Shown: positions 37,601-47,331 of the stretch, piece after piece
Numbering within the stretch: position 1 is the first letter of the stretch
How the letters are laid out: the number at the start of each line of letters is the position of its first letter
IMG/VR virus record: IMGVR_UViG_3300028603_000035
DNA length: 64,000 nt
Source of the DNA: an uncultured virus (IMG/VR IMGVR_UViG_3300028603_000035)
Lineage: Duplodnaviria > Heunggongvirae > Uroviricota > Caudoviricetes > Crassvirales
Reading direction: 5' to 3' (one strand)
Notes under the pieces: generated by a model
Databases searched by the model: none
The model's input: only the letters and a program-made list of their open reading frames with translations
Told to the model about the DNA's origin: nothing
Made by a program: the position numbers and the translations under genes

Positions 37601-40600
37601 CTTGTGTGGCGTAATGCTTAGCGATAGCCTTGATAATATCTCCATACACCTTATCAAAATCGGCAGTGTTAGGCTGTACGCTGAACTTGCTTATATTCAA
37701 CACGCCCTCTTGCACCTTCCTGTATATTATCTTCAAACCCTCACGGACAATATTATTTACATTCATAGCCACTTCGTCAGTGCCACTTATATTCTCATAC
37801 ACCTTATCGGATATAGGCTTAGCACCGTCGATAGCTTCTTCGCTACGCATCTCCTCTATCACGTCAGCCATAGTGTCGCTTATATCCTCATACACCTGTT
37901 GTATGTCTTGCGTGGTAGATTGTATGTCTTGCGTGGTAGATTGAGGTATCTCTTGTTCAGGGTCTGTCATACGTATATAAGAATTATTCTGTAAACGTAA
38001 TGCCGTAACTGCCATAGAACCAAACTCATTTATTATCTCTTTAGTATCAACACCATAGTCTATATCCAAAGTGTTCTTATACTGCAACAATATATCATTA
38101 GCTTCCACTTCCGTGGAATGAACATCGCCATTAGGATAATACAAGCTAACATAGCCGTCGCCACGAAGACGTGTGATAGCCGTGTTGAGCATCTTGGCAT
38201 GTAGTCTATATAAATCACTTTTTAAAATGGGTGCTGCCTTGTCAATATACTTGCCGTCGACAATAACAAAGACATTCCTGCTATTACGTCCCGACACATT
38301 AAAATCTTTATCTCCGTACTCTAAAATATAAACATCTTCGGGGACTACACCTAAGCTCTCATACTTAGAAAGTAGGTTAGCCTTATCCTTAGCCGTGCGT
38401 ACTATTATCATATTACCGTCGCTATTGGTCTTCTTAGCATCTAAGTAGTCCTGTATGACATCGCTGACATTACCTGTTATCCTGACACCCTTCTTATTGC
38501 CGTTTACGTCTTTCTTCCACTTAGCATTGAAAGGTACGCCATTCCTCGTCAACGGCACAAGACCATTGTTAGCGGTACACTGAACAGCATAAGCATCGTC
38601 GCTAAAGATATTAGAAAGTACATTTAAGTCTACGTAGCCTGTACGGTGTCGCATCTGCAACGGTATAGTACGCTCCCCTAACATAGTTGTTATCTCAGGG
38701 GCTGAATAATTACGCATATTAGCAGTCTGATTAGTATCGTAGATAGCAACCACGTGCTGTGGGTTTACCCTGCGAACCATATCCATCAAGACACCATAAT
38801 CGGAATACTGCTTGTCTTCCTTAGCAGCATTTTTATTTTTATTATTATCTATCAACGACGCCTCGTCAATAACGATAATATCTATATCGTTAAGGTTCAT
38901 ACTTTGCATATCGTGAAAGGTAATCTTAACAACATCGGCTTCGTCGCCATAGACCTTCTTGATGTTAGCCTCTTGAATATTGTTCACAGCGTGTGTAGGC
39001 GAAGCCACTAATATCTTAACTTTCTTTTTAGTAGGTATCACCTTGCCGTTGTACGTCTTACGCTCCTTAGTCAATATCTGCTTAGTAACATAATAATAGT
39101 TCTCTAACACCATAGTACTCTTACCTGTGCCTCCTGCACCGAGAACAGCCACCGACTTATCCAACAAAGTAGCAGCATCTTTATCTTCCATCAGCACTCC
39201 TAACATATTATTGCCGTCGGAATGACGATAGAAACTCGACACTAAATGTATTACGGCATACTCCTGTTCTAAGGTGATAGCCGTGTTAAGAGAGCTATAT
39301 ATCATCTTAGCGGTAGCTCCCAAGTCATCTATATCTTTAATATCTTCCAACACATCTAAAAGAGACTTCATAGTAGCCTCCTCATCCATTATGCCGTCTT
39401 TGATAACGATAGCCTTCCTTATCTTCTTAGCAACACTATCGCTTAACTTCCTGCCGTTAAGTTGCATTCTGTCGATAAGGCTGTCTATGACATTCTGCTT
39501 GATATGTCCTAAACACTGCATCACCGTCATATTGTTACCACCCATAAAATTGTCTATCCCCATATTGGTAACGATATAATGCAATGCCGTATCCCTATTC
39601 ACTTTACTATTTTCTATCTTGTCAAGGAGAGCGTCTCTTAACGCTTCCGTTTTAGTGCTGTCATAGCTTTTTAATTCTTCGGGTGTCATCAGCATACGTG
39701 TCGTAGCTATGTTCACAAGCTCATTGTAGTCGCTACGCTGAATGTCGTTGACGGTATCGAACAGCATAGACTTGCCAAGCTGTAAGTCTCCGGGAGCAAA
39801 AGTCCCTCTATAGACAATATCGTTACCTGTCGTCGTGCTGTCTTCGGGAATATACAGTTTAATGCCTTTGTGCTCACCCAATGCTTTATAAACTAAATCA
39901 TTATGTTCCGCTACCGCTTCCGTCCACAACAAGAACGGCGTCATCTTACCACTCAGTTGCTCTCTGTACTTCCACTGTAACACATACATCTCATTCATCA
40001 TAGCCGTGAAGTCAGTAATAGCTTTCTCTTGGTTTTGGCTTGTATCGCTAAACAGACGCTCTAACATAATGTTTACAGCATTAGGGTCGTGAAGATTTAC
40101 AGTACCGCTATTACCGCTCTGCTGTGGCGTGCCGTACCATTTGTTCATTAGGTCTTGCACAGCATTGAAATAGGCGTCTAACACCTTCTTCACATCTTGG
40201 ATGTTATCATCCATAGCTTTTAATATCTCCTGTAGCTTAGCCTTACGCTCTTTCTCATTAGGATACTTCTTCTCCAAGTAAAGCTCTATCCTTTTCTTAA
40301 GGAAGCTCTCTACCGTGCCGTCCGGAAGATTGTCGGGCAACGACACAACGCCGTCCTTAACGTCGAAGAACCTTGTGAGGTACGGTATAGCCGTATGGTA
40401 TAAGGTATCCGTCATATACATATTGGTATTGGACAGATGTGCTGCCTGATACCGTAATTCCTCTTTGAGCTTAGAGAAACCGTTCTTCTTCATATTCTCG
40501 TACATCAACGATATTTTATCGTGGTCATCTATCAACTTCATCTCTAAGTTAGCACGTTCATCTATAAAACGTCGTGTTATCTGGTTGTCGTAAGTATGCC

Positions 40601-43600
40601 CTTCCTTCAACATCTGGTTGGTATCGGCAGTAGCCTTCAACGTCTCCAAGCCCCATAGGTACATACCGATATTGTTCATATGAGCCTTATATATCCTTAT
40701 AGCCTTATCTAATGCCAACATAGTATTCATATCCATAGGCGATGTCTTATTGGCATCTATGAAGTTGATAAGGTCTGCAAGACTGTAGTTTCTAAACATT
40801 AAAGGTATGTCTTCCATCGGTGCTATCTCATAAAGCATAATACCGCTGATAGCTTTGTTCTTTATCTCCTCAAATAATTTATCCAACTTCTGTTTGTCGT
40901 CCGTCGACTGAACGCTGTCAGCTTCTATCGTCTCTACCGTCAGCTCCTCAGCTTCCAAACGACCTTCGGTAACATAACTGTCTATACCTTGAAAAGCATC
41001 CGTTACATTCTTGCTTATAGCGTCTTGTATAGTGAAGTACTCCTGAAGCATATCATCTACCTCCGTATCTTTCATCGCTTCATTTAAACTACCTATATCT
41101 CCTAAAGCACTTGTTATGTTTGTTATGTCATTGCTTAATGCTTCCGTGAAGCCGTCGTACGTCCACCCCAACTGCTTGCCAACGCTCTCCAAGCTCTCGC
41201 CTCCGAAGATGTCTTTCAGCTCGTCGTTGACAGCCTGCTGTAGGCTTACGATGTCTATCTCCCCCTTACGTCTTTTTTCTATCAATCCCTTTATGTTTCC
41301 TAATTTCCCTTTTAAGGCGTTTTTTAAGGTATCTGCTGCATCTTTGGTCTCTTGGGAATGTATCTGCCCTACCCTGTCGTTAAATGCTTTAAAAAGCCCC
41401 GATAAGCCGTTATAAACAGGTTTGCCCGTTTTCACGTTTATAGAGTTAGGCTCTACCCTACCGAAATATTCATGGTAAGCGTGAAAAATATCCAAGAACC
41501 TATCCGAGTTAGCAAACAACTCAGCAAAGCCCTTACTGCCCGCTATATTCTCATCTACATCCATACCCAACTGATAAGCCTTAGTGATGATATATTTATC
41601 AGCAGCAAAAGAAGTGTTGATAATACTCCTACGTATACCCTCGCTATACTTATATCCCGTCAACACCTTACCGTCATACTCGACAGTATCCAAAGGTTTA
41701 CTCCAATGGTCTAACTTATTCTCCCAATAAGCAAGAGTGTTATCATTCCTTAAGTCTGTAGCCGTTAAAGTATCCAACTCATCGGTGAGCTTATCCTTCT
41801 CCTCACTCTTAAGATTAGGGTCATTGAGACTTTCCTGTATAGCTTCAATACGCTCACGTTTCTGCTTTACATTCTTATATGCTAATGCTGCCTCGACAGC
41901 CATATTGTTTTTCACGTCAGCACTGATAAGAAGGTCGCTGTCTACATCCTGTGAAATCTTAGTACCCTTGATATAGTCGAATATCTCAGCCTCACGCAAC
42001 CCTTCCATCAACATATTATAAGCATTCATATCCGCCTCCGTGCGTAAGATGTCCCCTAACACAGCAGCAAAAGGACTATCAGAGATGTCCATAGTCTCAC
42101 CTATAGGATTGCCGTCAGCATCCATTTTAATCTGATTGCCGTTTATATCGTGGTTAGTACTTCCAAGCTGACCGTTAGCACGTCGCTGTAATATATTAGA
42201 TTGAAATTCCTTAACCACCTTGTCAGTGCCTTTAGCAGCAAACAACGAATATAACATATAGTTGTCGTCCTTAGCACGTTTCTCCTTGCTGTACCGTATA
42301 GCAGAACCAAGCGTTGTCATACTCGGTATCACAGACGCACCAAAGCCCATAAGAGAACCTAAAATAAACTCACTACTGTCAGCACTAAAGAAACCGTCCA
42401 CGTCGTACAAGCCCTCGCCAACACGCTTAGAATAATCACCTCTGTTATATTTGTTATATATCATCTGCGTCCAGCCTATCATAGTCCCTTCTACATACTC
42501 CTGCGCTCCTTCCATAAAAGCGTTAAGACCGAGTTCCAACGACCAAGCTCCGACACCCTTGCCTTGAACATTCTTCAACAACTCCGTAATGCCGTTTCTA
42601 ACGAATTTAGAACGTCCTTCCTTAGTAACAACCTGCAAACCCATTTTAGAAACTAAATTATTAACGGTGCTATTGACGACGTTCTTATCGAGTTTAACGA
42701 ACATACCCGAACGTATCCACGTAGGCTCTAACAGACGACTCGTCCCTAATGTTATCGCTGCTGCAAGCAATGATATTCCTGCTGCATCGTGGTCTACGAC
42801 ACCCGACTCCAACCCTTCACGGTACGTACCGAAGCCCGACTGCCCCGCTGCGGGTACTGACCAGCTTGCCGTACGTAGCCACCGCTTGCCGTGCTGCTTG
42901 ATGACAGTCTGCTTGAGAGGCTGCTTGACCATAAGCATACCACCCTCACGTCCTAAGAACACCCCAGAACGTACACCCTGATTTACCGCCTGCTTCTTAA
43001 CTGTAGCCTTAGCAGTGGCTTTAACAGTATTCTTAACAACACCAGATACTACTTGAGTCGCCTTGAGAGCTATACCACTAGCACTAATAGCTCCTGTCAT
43101 ACCTGCCGTTATTATAGACGGTAACATCTGTGCTAACAAATCCCCCGTCATCTTAGCTATATTCCTGTTGTAATACGGACTTTCAGTGGTAGAAGGGATG
43201 CCAACAGGGTTCTGGTACTTACGCATAAGGTTCTCGTAATATATGTCGTCCCACTTCTTGTTATCAAATATCATATTGCCCATCCAAGCGTACATATCGA
43301 AATACGACTCTTTAAAAGAATGCCCCACCCAAGACATAAAGCTATTCCTGTCTTTGTAATATGTGGGTTGTTTATGTTGCTTGACGCTGATAGCGTCTTT
43401 GTCGCTCCACACGGTGAACGTGGCAGCACCTAAGTGGTCATAGCTACCGCCAAACTGCTTTTCTAAGACATCTTTTAAATCTAACGCCTCTTTTAAATCA
43501 TAATCATCATATTCTTTTTGACCACCGAGAAACCTGTTAGTAGTATATCTATTACCGTTCTCATCTATAATGATAGACTTAACTTCTTTCTCTACGCCGT

Positions 43601-44396
43601 CGCTATCTACATAAGTGAAGTACTTACCTTTCTCTAACAGCCTACTTGCCGTCTGGCGTGGTCTATAGATGAACATCTCTCCACCCATAGGCATCGTAGT
43701 GGCGAGACCGTGCGTGGTCTTATCTTTGGTGTCTATGACCCTATACACATAACCGTCTCCGTAAGGGTCTTGCTGTAATACCGTCAACGGATACGAATAG
43801 CCGCTCTTACCGCTGGGAGCGAAGTCTCTTATAGCAGGCGACCCCGATTGTATGTTGCCGTCGGCATCCAAATAATAATCTTTCATCTGTGCCGACGTGT
43901 TAGGGTTGACATTATGTGTGAACTTAACGTTAGAGATAGTATTCATTCCGTACATAGAATGCATCACGTGCGATAGGTTCTTGCCGTCGGCATTACCTGT
44001 TGCGTAGTTGCCTATCTCGCCTGTATTATACACGCTTTGCCAGCCTGTATACAGCTCCCGCATACCGTCTAACATATCATCGGTGAGGTTAGGATACATA
44101 GCCTTATAGTAGTCGTTGCTCGCATTCATCGTCCATAGCAGTCCTTTCTTCTTACCGTTAATTTCTATGCCTTTTATGTTCTTATAGTCAAAGAGCATAT
44201 CTTGCGGTCTGATGTTACCTTCAGGGTTAGCCTGTAACGTGCTTATATACGACTTCACTAAGTCTACAGCTTCGGGGTTGTCGCTGTCGGACACCCCTGC
44301 TTCGGCTTGCTCCATCTGACGTATGAAAACGTCGTCCGTAGCACTCAACGCACTACCTTTAAGATTTTTATCCTTATCGTTATCTATCATTTCCAT
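31683..44396 (-). CDS. giant virion cargo polyprotein: SF1 (RecD/Dda-like) helicase plus two zincin metallopeptidase motifs
   Basis: GAGGTGKST (39114-39140), ASPTH, IVIDEASLI, YDTNQ, RHRTG, NTAITR; HEIIH (35052-35066) and HEAMH (34254-34268). Confidence 0.85.
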   Translation of the reverse strand: MEMIDNDKDKNLKGSALSATDDVFIRQMEQAEAGVSDSDNPEAVDLVKSYISTLQANPEGNIRPQDMLFDYKNIKGIEINGKKKGLLWTMNASNDYYKAMYPNLTDDMLDGMRELYTGWQSVYNTGEIGNYATGNADGKNLSHVMHSMYGMNTISNVKFTHNVNPNTSAQMKDYYLDADGNIQSGSPAIRDFAPSGKSGYSYPLTVLQQDPYGDGYVYRVIDTKDKTTHGLATTMPMGGEMFIYRPRQTASRLLEKGKYFTYVDSDGVEKEVKSIIIDENGNRYTTNRFLGGQKEYDDYDLKEALDLKDVLEKQFGGSYDHLGAATFTVWSDKDAISVKQHKQPTYYKDRNSFMSWVGHSFKESYFDMYAWMGNMIFDNKKWDDIYYENLMRKYQNPVGIPSTTESPYYNRNIAKMTGDLLAQMLPSIITAGMTGAISASGIALKATQVVSGVVKNTVKATAKATVKKQAVNQGVRSGVFLGREGGMLMVKQPLKQTVIKQHGKRWLRTASWSVPAAGQSGFGTYREGLESGVVDHDAAGISLLAAAITLGTSRLLEPTWIRSGMFVKLDKNVVNSTVNNLVSKMGLQVVTKEGRSKFVRNGITELLKNVQGKGVGAWSLELGLNAFMEGAQEYVEGTMIGWTQMIYNKYNRGDYSKRVGEGLYDVDGFFSADSSEFILGSLMGFGASVIPSMTTLGSAIRYSKEKRAKDDNYMLYSLFAAKGTDKVVKEFQSNILQRRANGQLGSTNHDINGNQIKMDADGNPIGETMDISDSPFAAVLGDILRTEADMNAYNMLMEGLREAEIFDYIKGTKISQDVDSDLLISADVKNNMAVEAALAYKNVKQKRERIEAIQESLNDPNLKSEEKDKLTDELDTLTATDLRNDNTLAYWENKLDHWSKPLDTVEYDGKVLTGYKYSEGIRRSIINTSFAADKYIITKAYQLGMDVDENIAGSKGFAELFANSDRFLDIFHAYHEYFGRVEPNSINVKTGKPVYNGLSGLFKAFNDRVGQIHSQETKDAADTLKNALKGKLGNIKGLIEKRRKGEIDIVSLQQAVNDELKDIFGGESLESVGKQLGWTYDGFTEALSNDITNITSALGDIGSLNEAMKDTEVDDMLQEYFTIQDAISKNVTDAFQGIDSYVTEGRLEAEELTVETIEADSVQSTDDKQKLDKLFEEIKNKAISGIMLYEIAPMEDIPLMFRNYSLADLINFIDANKTSPMDMNTMLALDKAIRIYKAHMNNIGMYLWGLETLKATADTNQMLKEGHTYDNQITRRFIDERANLEMKLIDDHDKISLMYENMKKNGFSKLKEELRYQAAHLSNTNMYMTDTLYHTAIPYLTRFFDVKDGVVSLPDNLPDGTVESFLKKRIELYLEKKYPNEKERKAKLQEILKAMDDNIQDVKKVLDAYFNAVQDLMNKWYGTPQQSGNSGTVNLHDPNAVNIMLERLFSDTSQNQEKAITDFTAMMNEMYVLQWKYREQLSGKMTPFLLWTEAVAEHNDLVYKALGEHKGIKLYIPEDSTTTGNDIVYRGTFAPGDLQLGKSMLFDTVNDIQRSDYNELVNIATTRMLMTPEELKSYDSTKTEALRDALLDKIENSKVNRDTALHYIVTNMGIDNFMGGNNMTVMQCLGHIKQNVIDSLIDRMQLNGRKLSDSVAKKIRKAIVIKDGIMDEEATMKSLLDVLEDIKDIDDLGATAKMIYSSLNTAITLEQEYAVIHLVSSFYRHSDGNNMLGVLMEDKDAATLLDKSVAVLGAGGTGKSTMVLENYYYVTKQILTKERKTYNGKVIPTKKKVKILVASPTHAVNNIQEANIKKVYGDEADVVKITFHDMQSMNLNDIDIIVIDEASLIDNNKNKNAAKEDKQYSDYGVLMDMVRRVNPQHVVAIYDTNQTANMRNYSAPEITTMLGERTIPLQMRHRTGYVDLNVLSNIFSDDAYAVQCTANNGLVPLTRNGVPFNAKWKKDVNGNKKGVRITGNVSDVIQDYLDAKKTNSDGNMIIVRTAKDKANLLSKYESLGVVPEDVYILEYGDKDFNVSGRNSRNVFVIVDGKYIDKAAPILKSDLYRLHAKMLNTAITRLRGDGYVSLYYPNGDVHSTEVEANDILLQYKNTLDIDYGVDTKEIINEFGSMAVTALRLQNNSYIRMTDPEQEIPQSTTQDIQSTTQDIQQVYEDISDTMADVIEEMRSEEAIDGAKPISDKVYENISGTDEVAMNVNNIVREGLKIIYRKVQEGVLNISKFSVQPNTADFDKVYGDIIKAIAKHYATQGINMGNYTEKDILYIIHNVVLNSISDTGIQVMADMNKHTAIISPNLNVNIGGTDYVATPFMVNVVGYETNADKTLTPIFDIYELDISQSPRNNVDEVAEGNKKKAAYAIAILAAKGYKVNKVHFLNFVLTPGKRVTTTFNNRFTTDDTIFVFDGKSYESIYSSIKSEQGEEVKVEDIFADKDALLKLGVIMPLEDAERNSRYQNLKTKNVSYIVGKELKMVMGDKVVYYHLANGDVLTDVEFGHTYQRVENKEKKQYYFGATLYGHIRTPLNAIPAIAVQGQNLPQSRVEFYDHPFFKKLRGDGAYKLKGKEVKAEYHEELSFFQWDSKTESTKSVTYYNVVLYKDGDKIVGVQERLRFSNNTEATRKQLDAMVAKYVKAKDEKEASDILNDIERWLMDCEKQYSEDHSFDDSNVAYQIDKIKNIRKVAFKQGSYVVGDVSNGTHIISEIAYPLQELVGRRVNKGESIVDWEQADSNRFSVIATFMIDGRKVDIHCDAAKVDDSYIANMKTMAKDFRKRYNKILKGDEAAIGNDIARLAMEMQASELTDFLYANRERLEKVNLYDFSKKFIDFKLGNKKKVKGGKVNVKNTMANMLNQIDLAIKIADNSRKGALDMAWNKAIFMTNVLAASNETLYLNNLVSKVIDVSTPTLEITEKGADSKPPVGGASNINNTINNQEETNTQIIPEQKQQAQQLFESNPELANAVYEALGFKTKPEIGVSISKDLLSIEENEIPKKEGESFSEMQARVKQNINIRKRIEIANKNNIKQGKLYSFSELESLLDNSIFDNDIYNDLRSILPQITFRFGSLNKVGKKRNGYYDSTNKTINLEILHLPNSDFRRTLLHEIIHAATFINLEEDAILTDVQKTALNNLNNLIEELKKDRDFFGEYGLTNANELLAELANKNFVNKLKKKTFSDNQSFFEKIISEIVTLLGLNTTAYDIVKESFDSLVKEYKSTNQITPEQKQEAQQLYSEYLEQNPNGNVEQFKSWVEKFNKKSFGSIQESGIGTEDLDNQVKGDPFFNNNEGNGFSVFRISKEGEAVDMSTDDDVRAATAEVQRIVGDSFVSNNLKFNERIIEEGVSREVFGKLSGNIITLSYRSGSLMPVIARHEAMHFVLDFCLSPDEYDRVMSAQRAILMREHKMRGEGTVPTDTDVLEAICEGFENYKYKPSTKPKNFLERLYYALKRFFERFMKNRRTIEKLYSRADSGFYANEALHKYNNNLLREDRYAIARGSLSNEYNSYEAVTELSNFYGGKINIIDNVLDTQLKIILNRSIETGKIVLKPKDSYREVASVYLNLISEANFEEIDGLVISYNVVEDGVTVEKELTLKELLYNNNELDVAMFTEMTTNPNIKSDIGNADLIRRLAGDITGHIYSNPKLALATLAFHYPMMERAYKGNNDMVNIYMQMLDPFIDMREMISDTERLVKQKEKHGKKIDHKMLTSSQTFNKPSGVNDHTNYKFKDMIENITYRKGKFMSNVSFSEFSSIIKKCNLIFTEDINNKFKDKIVLGYDDIMALIKSQINDGTNSKYTTQAIYSYFSNEAPKGYDKNNEESMNTFFYNEWSDNYQGFNFNNYGYGFMLQRINDYLEEGSISNKLLKDATGNFYNQVEAILIEKRAAITANVINTFVNYFNSMDVVNSHVANVDNTIVSMINFTSSSTNKMIGDIAYNNMFEEHNENYGFTDRAKKLKKEYKINGYKDTITYKYTNGDGVVVQGKINTKLQEFSVEDVQAIERLLVAVYDNYIVSENIYNPSLQNEGKYRVNRKAVNTAIQVIDMLHTFNPALGVKPEIPLSYVSLLNQGIEVILSSTSKNAEGENVSNIKVKTPLTLALNNSGKIASLSQDMTMYNPDAVVIEQLVKEATEYTFDDTVELEDGDIEDIIDMMIDDETLIYTDENNNPCVPTVPKVEEGMRGNDFTKGSKWTMIEEFDGATHSEGGIDIKLTDRGFTFAREDGDVLAVNGLLIAKK
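37900..37943. repeat. 21-bp tandem repeat in an interdomain linker
   Basis: TGTATGTCTTGCGTGGTAGAT x2, encoding STTQDIQ STTQDIQ. Confidence 0.85.
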
Positions 44397-44408
44397 AATA
44401 TCATTATT

Positions 44409-47225
44409 TTATTTCTTCTCGTATACTGCCGATGTTACGCTTGCACTCTGTCCTAACATCTGTTTTTGTTTAGCGTCAAATTGTTTGACTAGCTCGTTGT
44501 ATCTATAGTCTAATTTGTTAATTGGATTGCCTATCTGAACAATAACATAACCATCTTTTTTATATTTTCCTTTTGTGTTTTCAGTCCATTTATCTCCATC
44601 TTTTTCTACTAAGATAAGACCATTACGGTTAGTTTCGCTGTTATACGCCATAGCTTTAATAGCATTTTTTTTACTACCGTAAGCCTGTTCTGCTGTAACA
44701 GTAACATAATACCTCCCTGTCTGCTCATTCTTCTTGATTATACCCTGTTCTTTTAATTGTTGTTTTATCATTTCCTCTATATCTTCTCGAAGCCTATCAT
44801 CCATATAGTCTATAAACTCATCAGTCCACAGATGTGTTTGTCCTCGTTCTTTTCTATAAACAGTTCCTCCTTTATTTTTATTTTTATATTCTTTTTCATA
44901 CTTTTCTGCATTCTCATTCCTTAAACGAAACAAAAATTTTCCAGCGTCGGATTGAGAATAATGAGATGTAGGCACAGACCTTTGATCTTCCTTATATGTA
45001 ATCCACCCCGTTTCCTTGGGTGTACCTTCTCTAATTCTTTTCTTTTCAGCTGCCTGTCCTGCAAACTCACTCATCAAATCCGAAATCTTAACGTCTCCAA
45101 AAGTACCACTTCCTACAAAATCCAAAACTCTTTTAAAGATATTTCTATCTGTTTTTAATTCTTGTGTTTTGAAATAATCAATATTATTCTCATCTAAATC
45201 AACAGTGATATAAGATTGAGATAAATAGTCGTCGGTAGGGATAAGAACATACGTGGACATATACATAGCCCTATCGCCTAAAATATTACCCTCTTCATCA
45301 AAACCCAAAGGCTTACCCTCTAAGCCTTGAAACAAATTACCCTTACTCGACAACCCTGAAATCATCTGATTATTGACCTTGACAATGAAAGCTCCGTCGC
45401 CATCACCATTGTAAGAGAATACATGGTCTTTACCGTCAATACCGACAATAGAAATAGCATTCTTGCTAGTAGCATACGGCTGAAATGACATAGTCAATTT
45501 ATTCAAATTGACATTCCCTATCGAACGTATAAAGGTGGCTTCTGCCAATTGATTTGCTTGATTTAAGATCTTACACTCATTATGTCCAAAAACAAAGTCG
45601 GCAACATTCTGCTTGACGGAAGTCAAATACAAATCACCCGTACCCATTATAGGGTCTTCTCCACCCTGCATATACGTTACGCTCTTAATAGAGAAATCAT
45701 CACTGTCAAAGAAAGAAGGAATATTATTCTCTTGCTCCGTTTTCTGACTATTAGGGTTAATCCTAAACGAACCTTTAATCTCTCTTTGCCTTTGTGCATT
45801 GACCCTCATAAAGGCTATGTCTTGCACCTCAGCAAAGCCTATCTGCTCAGCAGTAGTGGAGACAACGGCGTTAAGCATATTGTTTAAATGGGTACGTGCG
45901 ACGTCGTACGCCTCTATCTGGTCTTCTTTGATAGTGCCGTCCTCATTAAAATAGTCAGCTTGTTCCCTGATTATGCCGTCAGTGTCGTAGCCGAAATCGT
46001 TAAGCTCCTTAGCGATTATCCGGAGGTTCTCATATTCATAAGTGGAGAAAGCATAATGTCGCACGTCTACGTCCTCATCAGAAACAGAAGCAGCAAGGAT
46101 ATTAGATAGCGTCTTGTCGTCTTTGTCGGTGGCAATAGCTAATAGGTTGTACAATGCCTGCATAGACTTCTCTGAATGCTCTCCGCCATCCTTAATAGGA
46201 TGTAACATCTGTCTGTCATAATACATAGTATATTTACTCTTGTCCGTCTCACTGACAAGCTTAGCATCGCCTTTAGAATTGAAAATATAAAAATTATCTT
46301 CAACACCTTGCGACATCCTATAACCGCTATACTTATTACCGTCCTTATCGTAGTACGACACAGATTGGTAGATAGTGCCGTCCTCCGAAGCCCACATATT
46401 ATAAGCCCCTTGAATGTTAAAATGGTGCTTCCCGTCTTTCTTAGTATACGTACCGTCTCGATTTAATATATCCGCACCTTTAACAATAGCTTGATGCTTG
46501 TACTTCTCGTCTCCCTGAAAGGCAGCCATAAAAGCGATAGCCTGTAAGCCTATATGCTGATAGTTATCCTTTATCTCACTGCCGACACTAAAGTTATTAT
46601 TCATATACGAATGAGCCTGTCTATAAGCGTCGGTATTAGAAGTTAAAGTGTATCCACTTGCACCTAAATCAAGCATTATCGTATTCATCTCATTGGTGTT
46701 GAAATGCATCGGGGAGTAAAACGATTTAAAAATACCGTTCTTGTCATACAACGACATAGTGTTATTAACAAAATTATGTCGTTCTTTTTGGTTCGTTATC
46801 GAGGGGTTTAAAGTGCTGTCTAATGTAGAGGCATAACTAAAGAAAGAACCGATAGTGCCGTTGTCGCTCACATTAGAGCCGTTCCAGAACCTCTTGTTGT
46901 CTTCGAGGTCTTTAGTGCCGTTGTCGTAATTAGCTTTCACCTGATTGATGTTAGATGTCAAGCCTGCACGAGCATTCCTCAACTGCATGAGCTGTGGGAT
47001 AAGCTCCGTCTCACCGTTATTCACTCTCTGCTCTAACAACGCTATGTTGTTATCCATCTCACTTATAGAGTAATTTAACGTTGATGCTTGCGTTTGGTAG
47101 CCTTGCACGTCTACAGGGTCGCTAAACTTCAAAGCCTCCCTCTTAGGCTGTGCAAACAAAGGGGCTAACAAATCTACATTATTAACATCAACACCGTAAC
47201 TGTATTTACTTGCTAAAAATGCCAT
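44409..47225 (-). CDS. putative virion cargo/ejection protein
   Basis: 938 aa between the muzzle-like gene and the polymerase polyproteins, matching crAss-like synteny. Confidence 0.55.
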   Translation of the reverse strand: MAFLASKYSYGVDVNNVDLLAPLFAQPKREALKFSDPVDVQGYQTQASTLNYSISEMDNNIALLEQRVNNGETELIPQLMQLRNARAGLTSNINQVKANYDNGTKDLEDNKRFWNGSNVSDNGTIGSFFSYASTLDSTLNPSITNQKERHNFVNNTMSLYDKNGIFKSFYSPMHFNTNEMNTIMLDLGASGYTLTSNTDAYRQAHSYMNNNFSVGSEIKDNYQHIGLQAIAFMAAFQGDEKYKHQAIVKGADILNRDGTYTKKDGKHHFNIQGAYNMWASEDGTIYQSVSYYDKDGNKYSGYRMSQGVEDNFYIFNSKGDAKLVSETDKSKYTMYYDRQMLHPIKDGGEHSEKSMQALYNLLAIATDKDDKTLSNILAASVSDEDVDVRHYAFSTYEYENLRIIAKELNDFGYDTDGIIREQADYFNEDGTIKEDQIEAYDVARTHLNNMLNAVVSTTAEQIGFAEVQDIAFMRVNAQRQREIKGSFRINPNSQKTEQENNIPSFFDSDDFSIKSVTYMQGGEDPIMGTGDLYLTSVKQNVADFVFGHNECKILNQANQLAEATFIRSIGNVNLNKLTMSFQPYATSKNAISIVGIDGKDHVFSYNGDGDGAFIVKVNNQMISGLSSKGNLFQGLEGKPLGFDEEGNILGDRAMYMSTYVLIPTDDYLSQSYITVDLDENNIDYFKTQELKTDRNIFKRVLDFVGSGTFGDVKISDLMSEFAGQAAEKKRIREGTPKETGWITYKEDQRSVPTSHYSQSDAGKFLFRLRNENAEKYEKEYKNKNKGGTVYRKERGQTHLWTDEFIDYMDDRLREDIEEMIKQQLKEQGIIKKNEQTGRYYVTVTAEQAYGSKKNAIKAMAYNSETNRNGLILVEKDGDKWTENTKGKYKKDGYVIVQIGNPINKLDYRYNELVKQFDAKQKQMLGQSASVTSAVYEKK

Positions 47226-47331
47226 TTCTTTTTTCCTCTCTTTTATATTGTTTTTTATTATCCCTCATCTTCTTATGTTTAGCTTCACGCTTCAAAGCTT
47301 TTCTGTCCTCTCTCCATTCTTTCATCTCTCA

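Noticed and set aside
21310..44396. Inteins or introns in the giant genes
   Set aside because: Reading frames are continuous, and I saw no intein C-terminal HN-[CST] signature with a matching N-terminal block or LAGLIDADG motifs.
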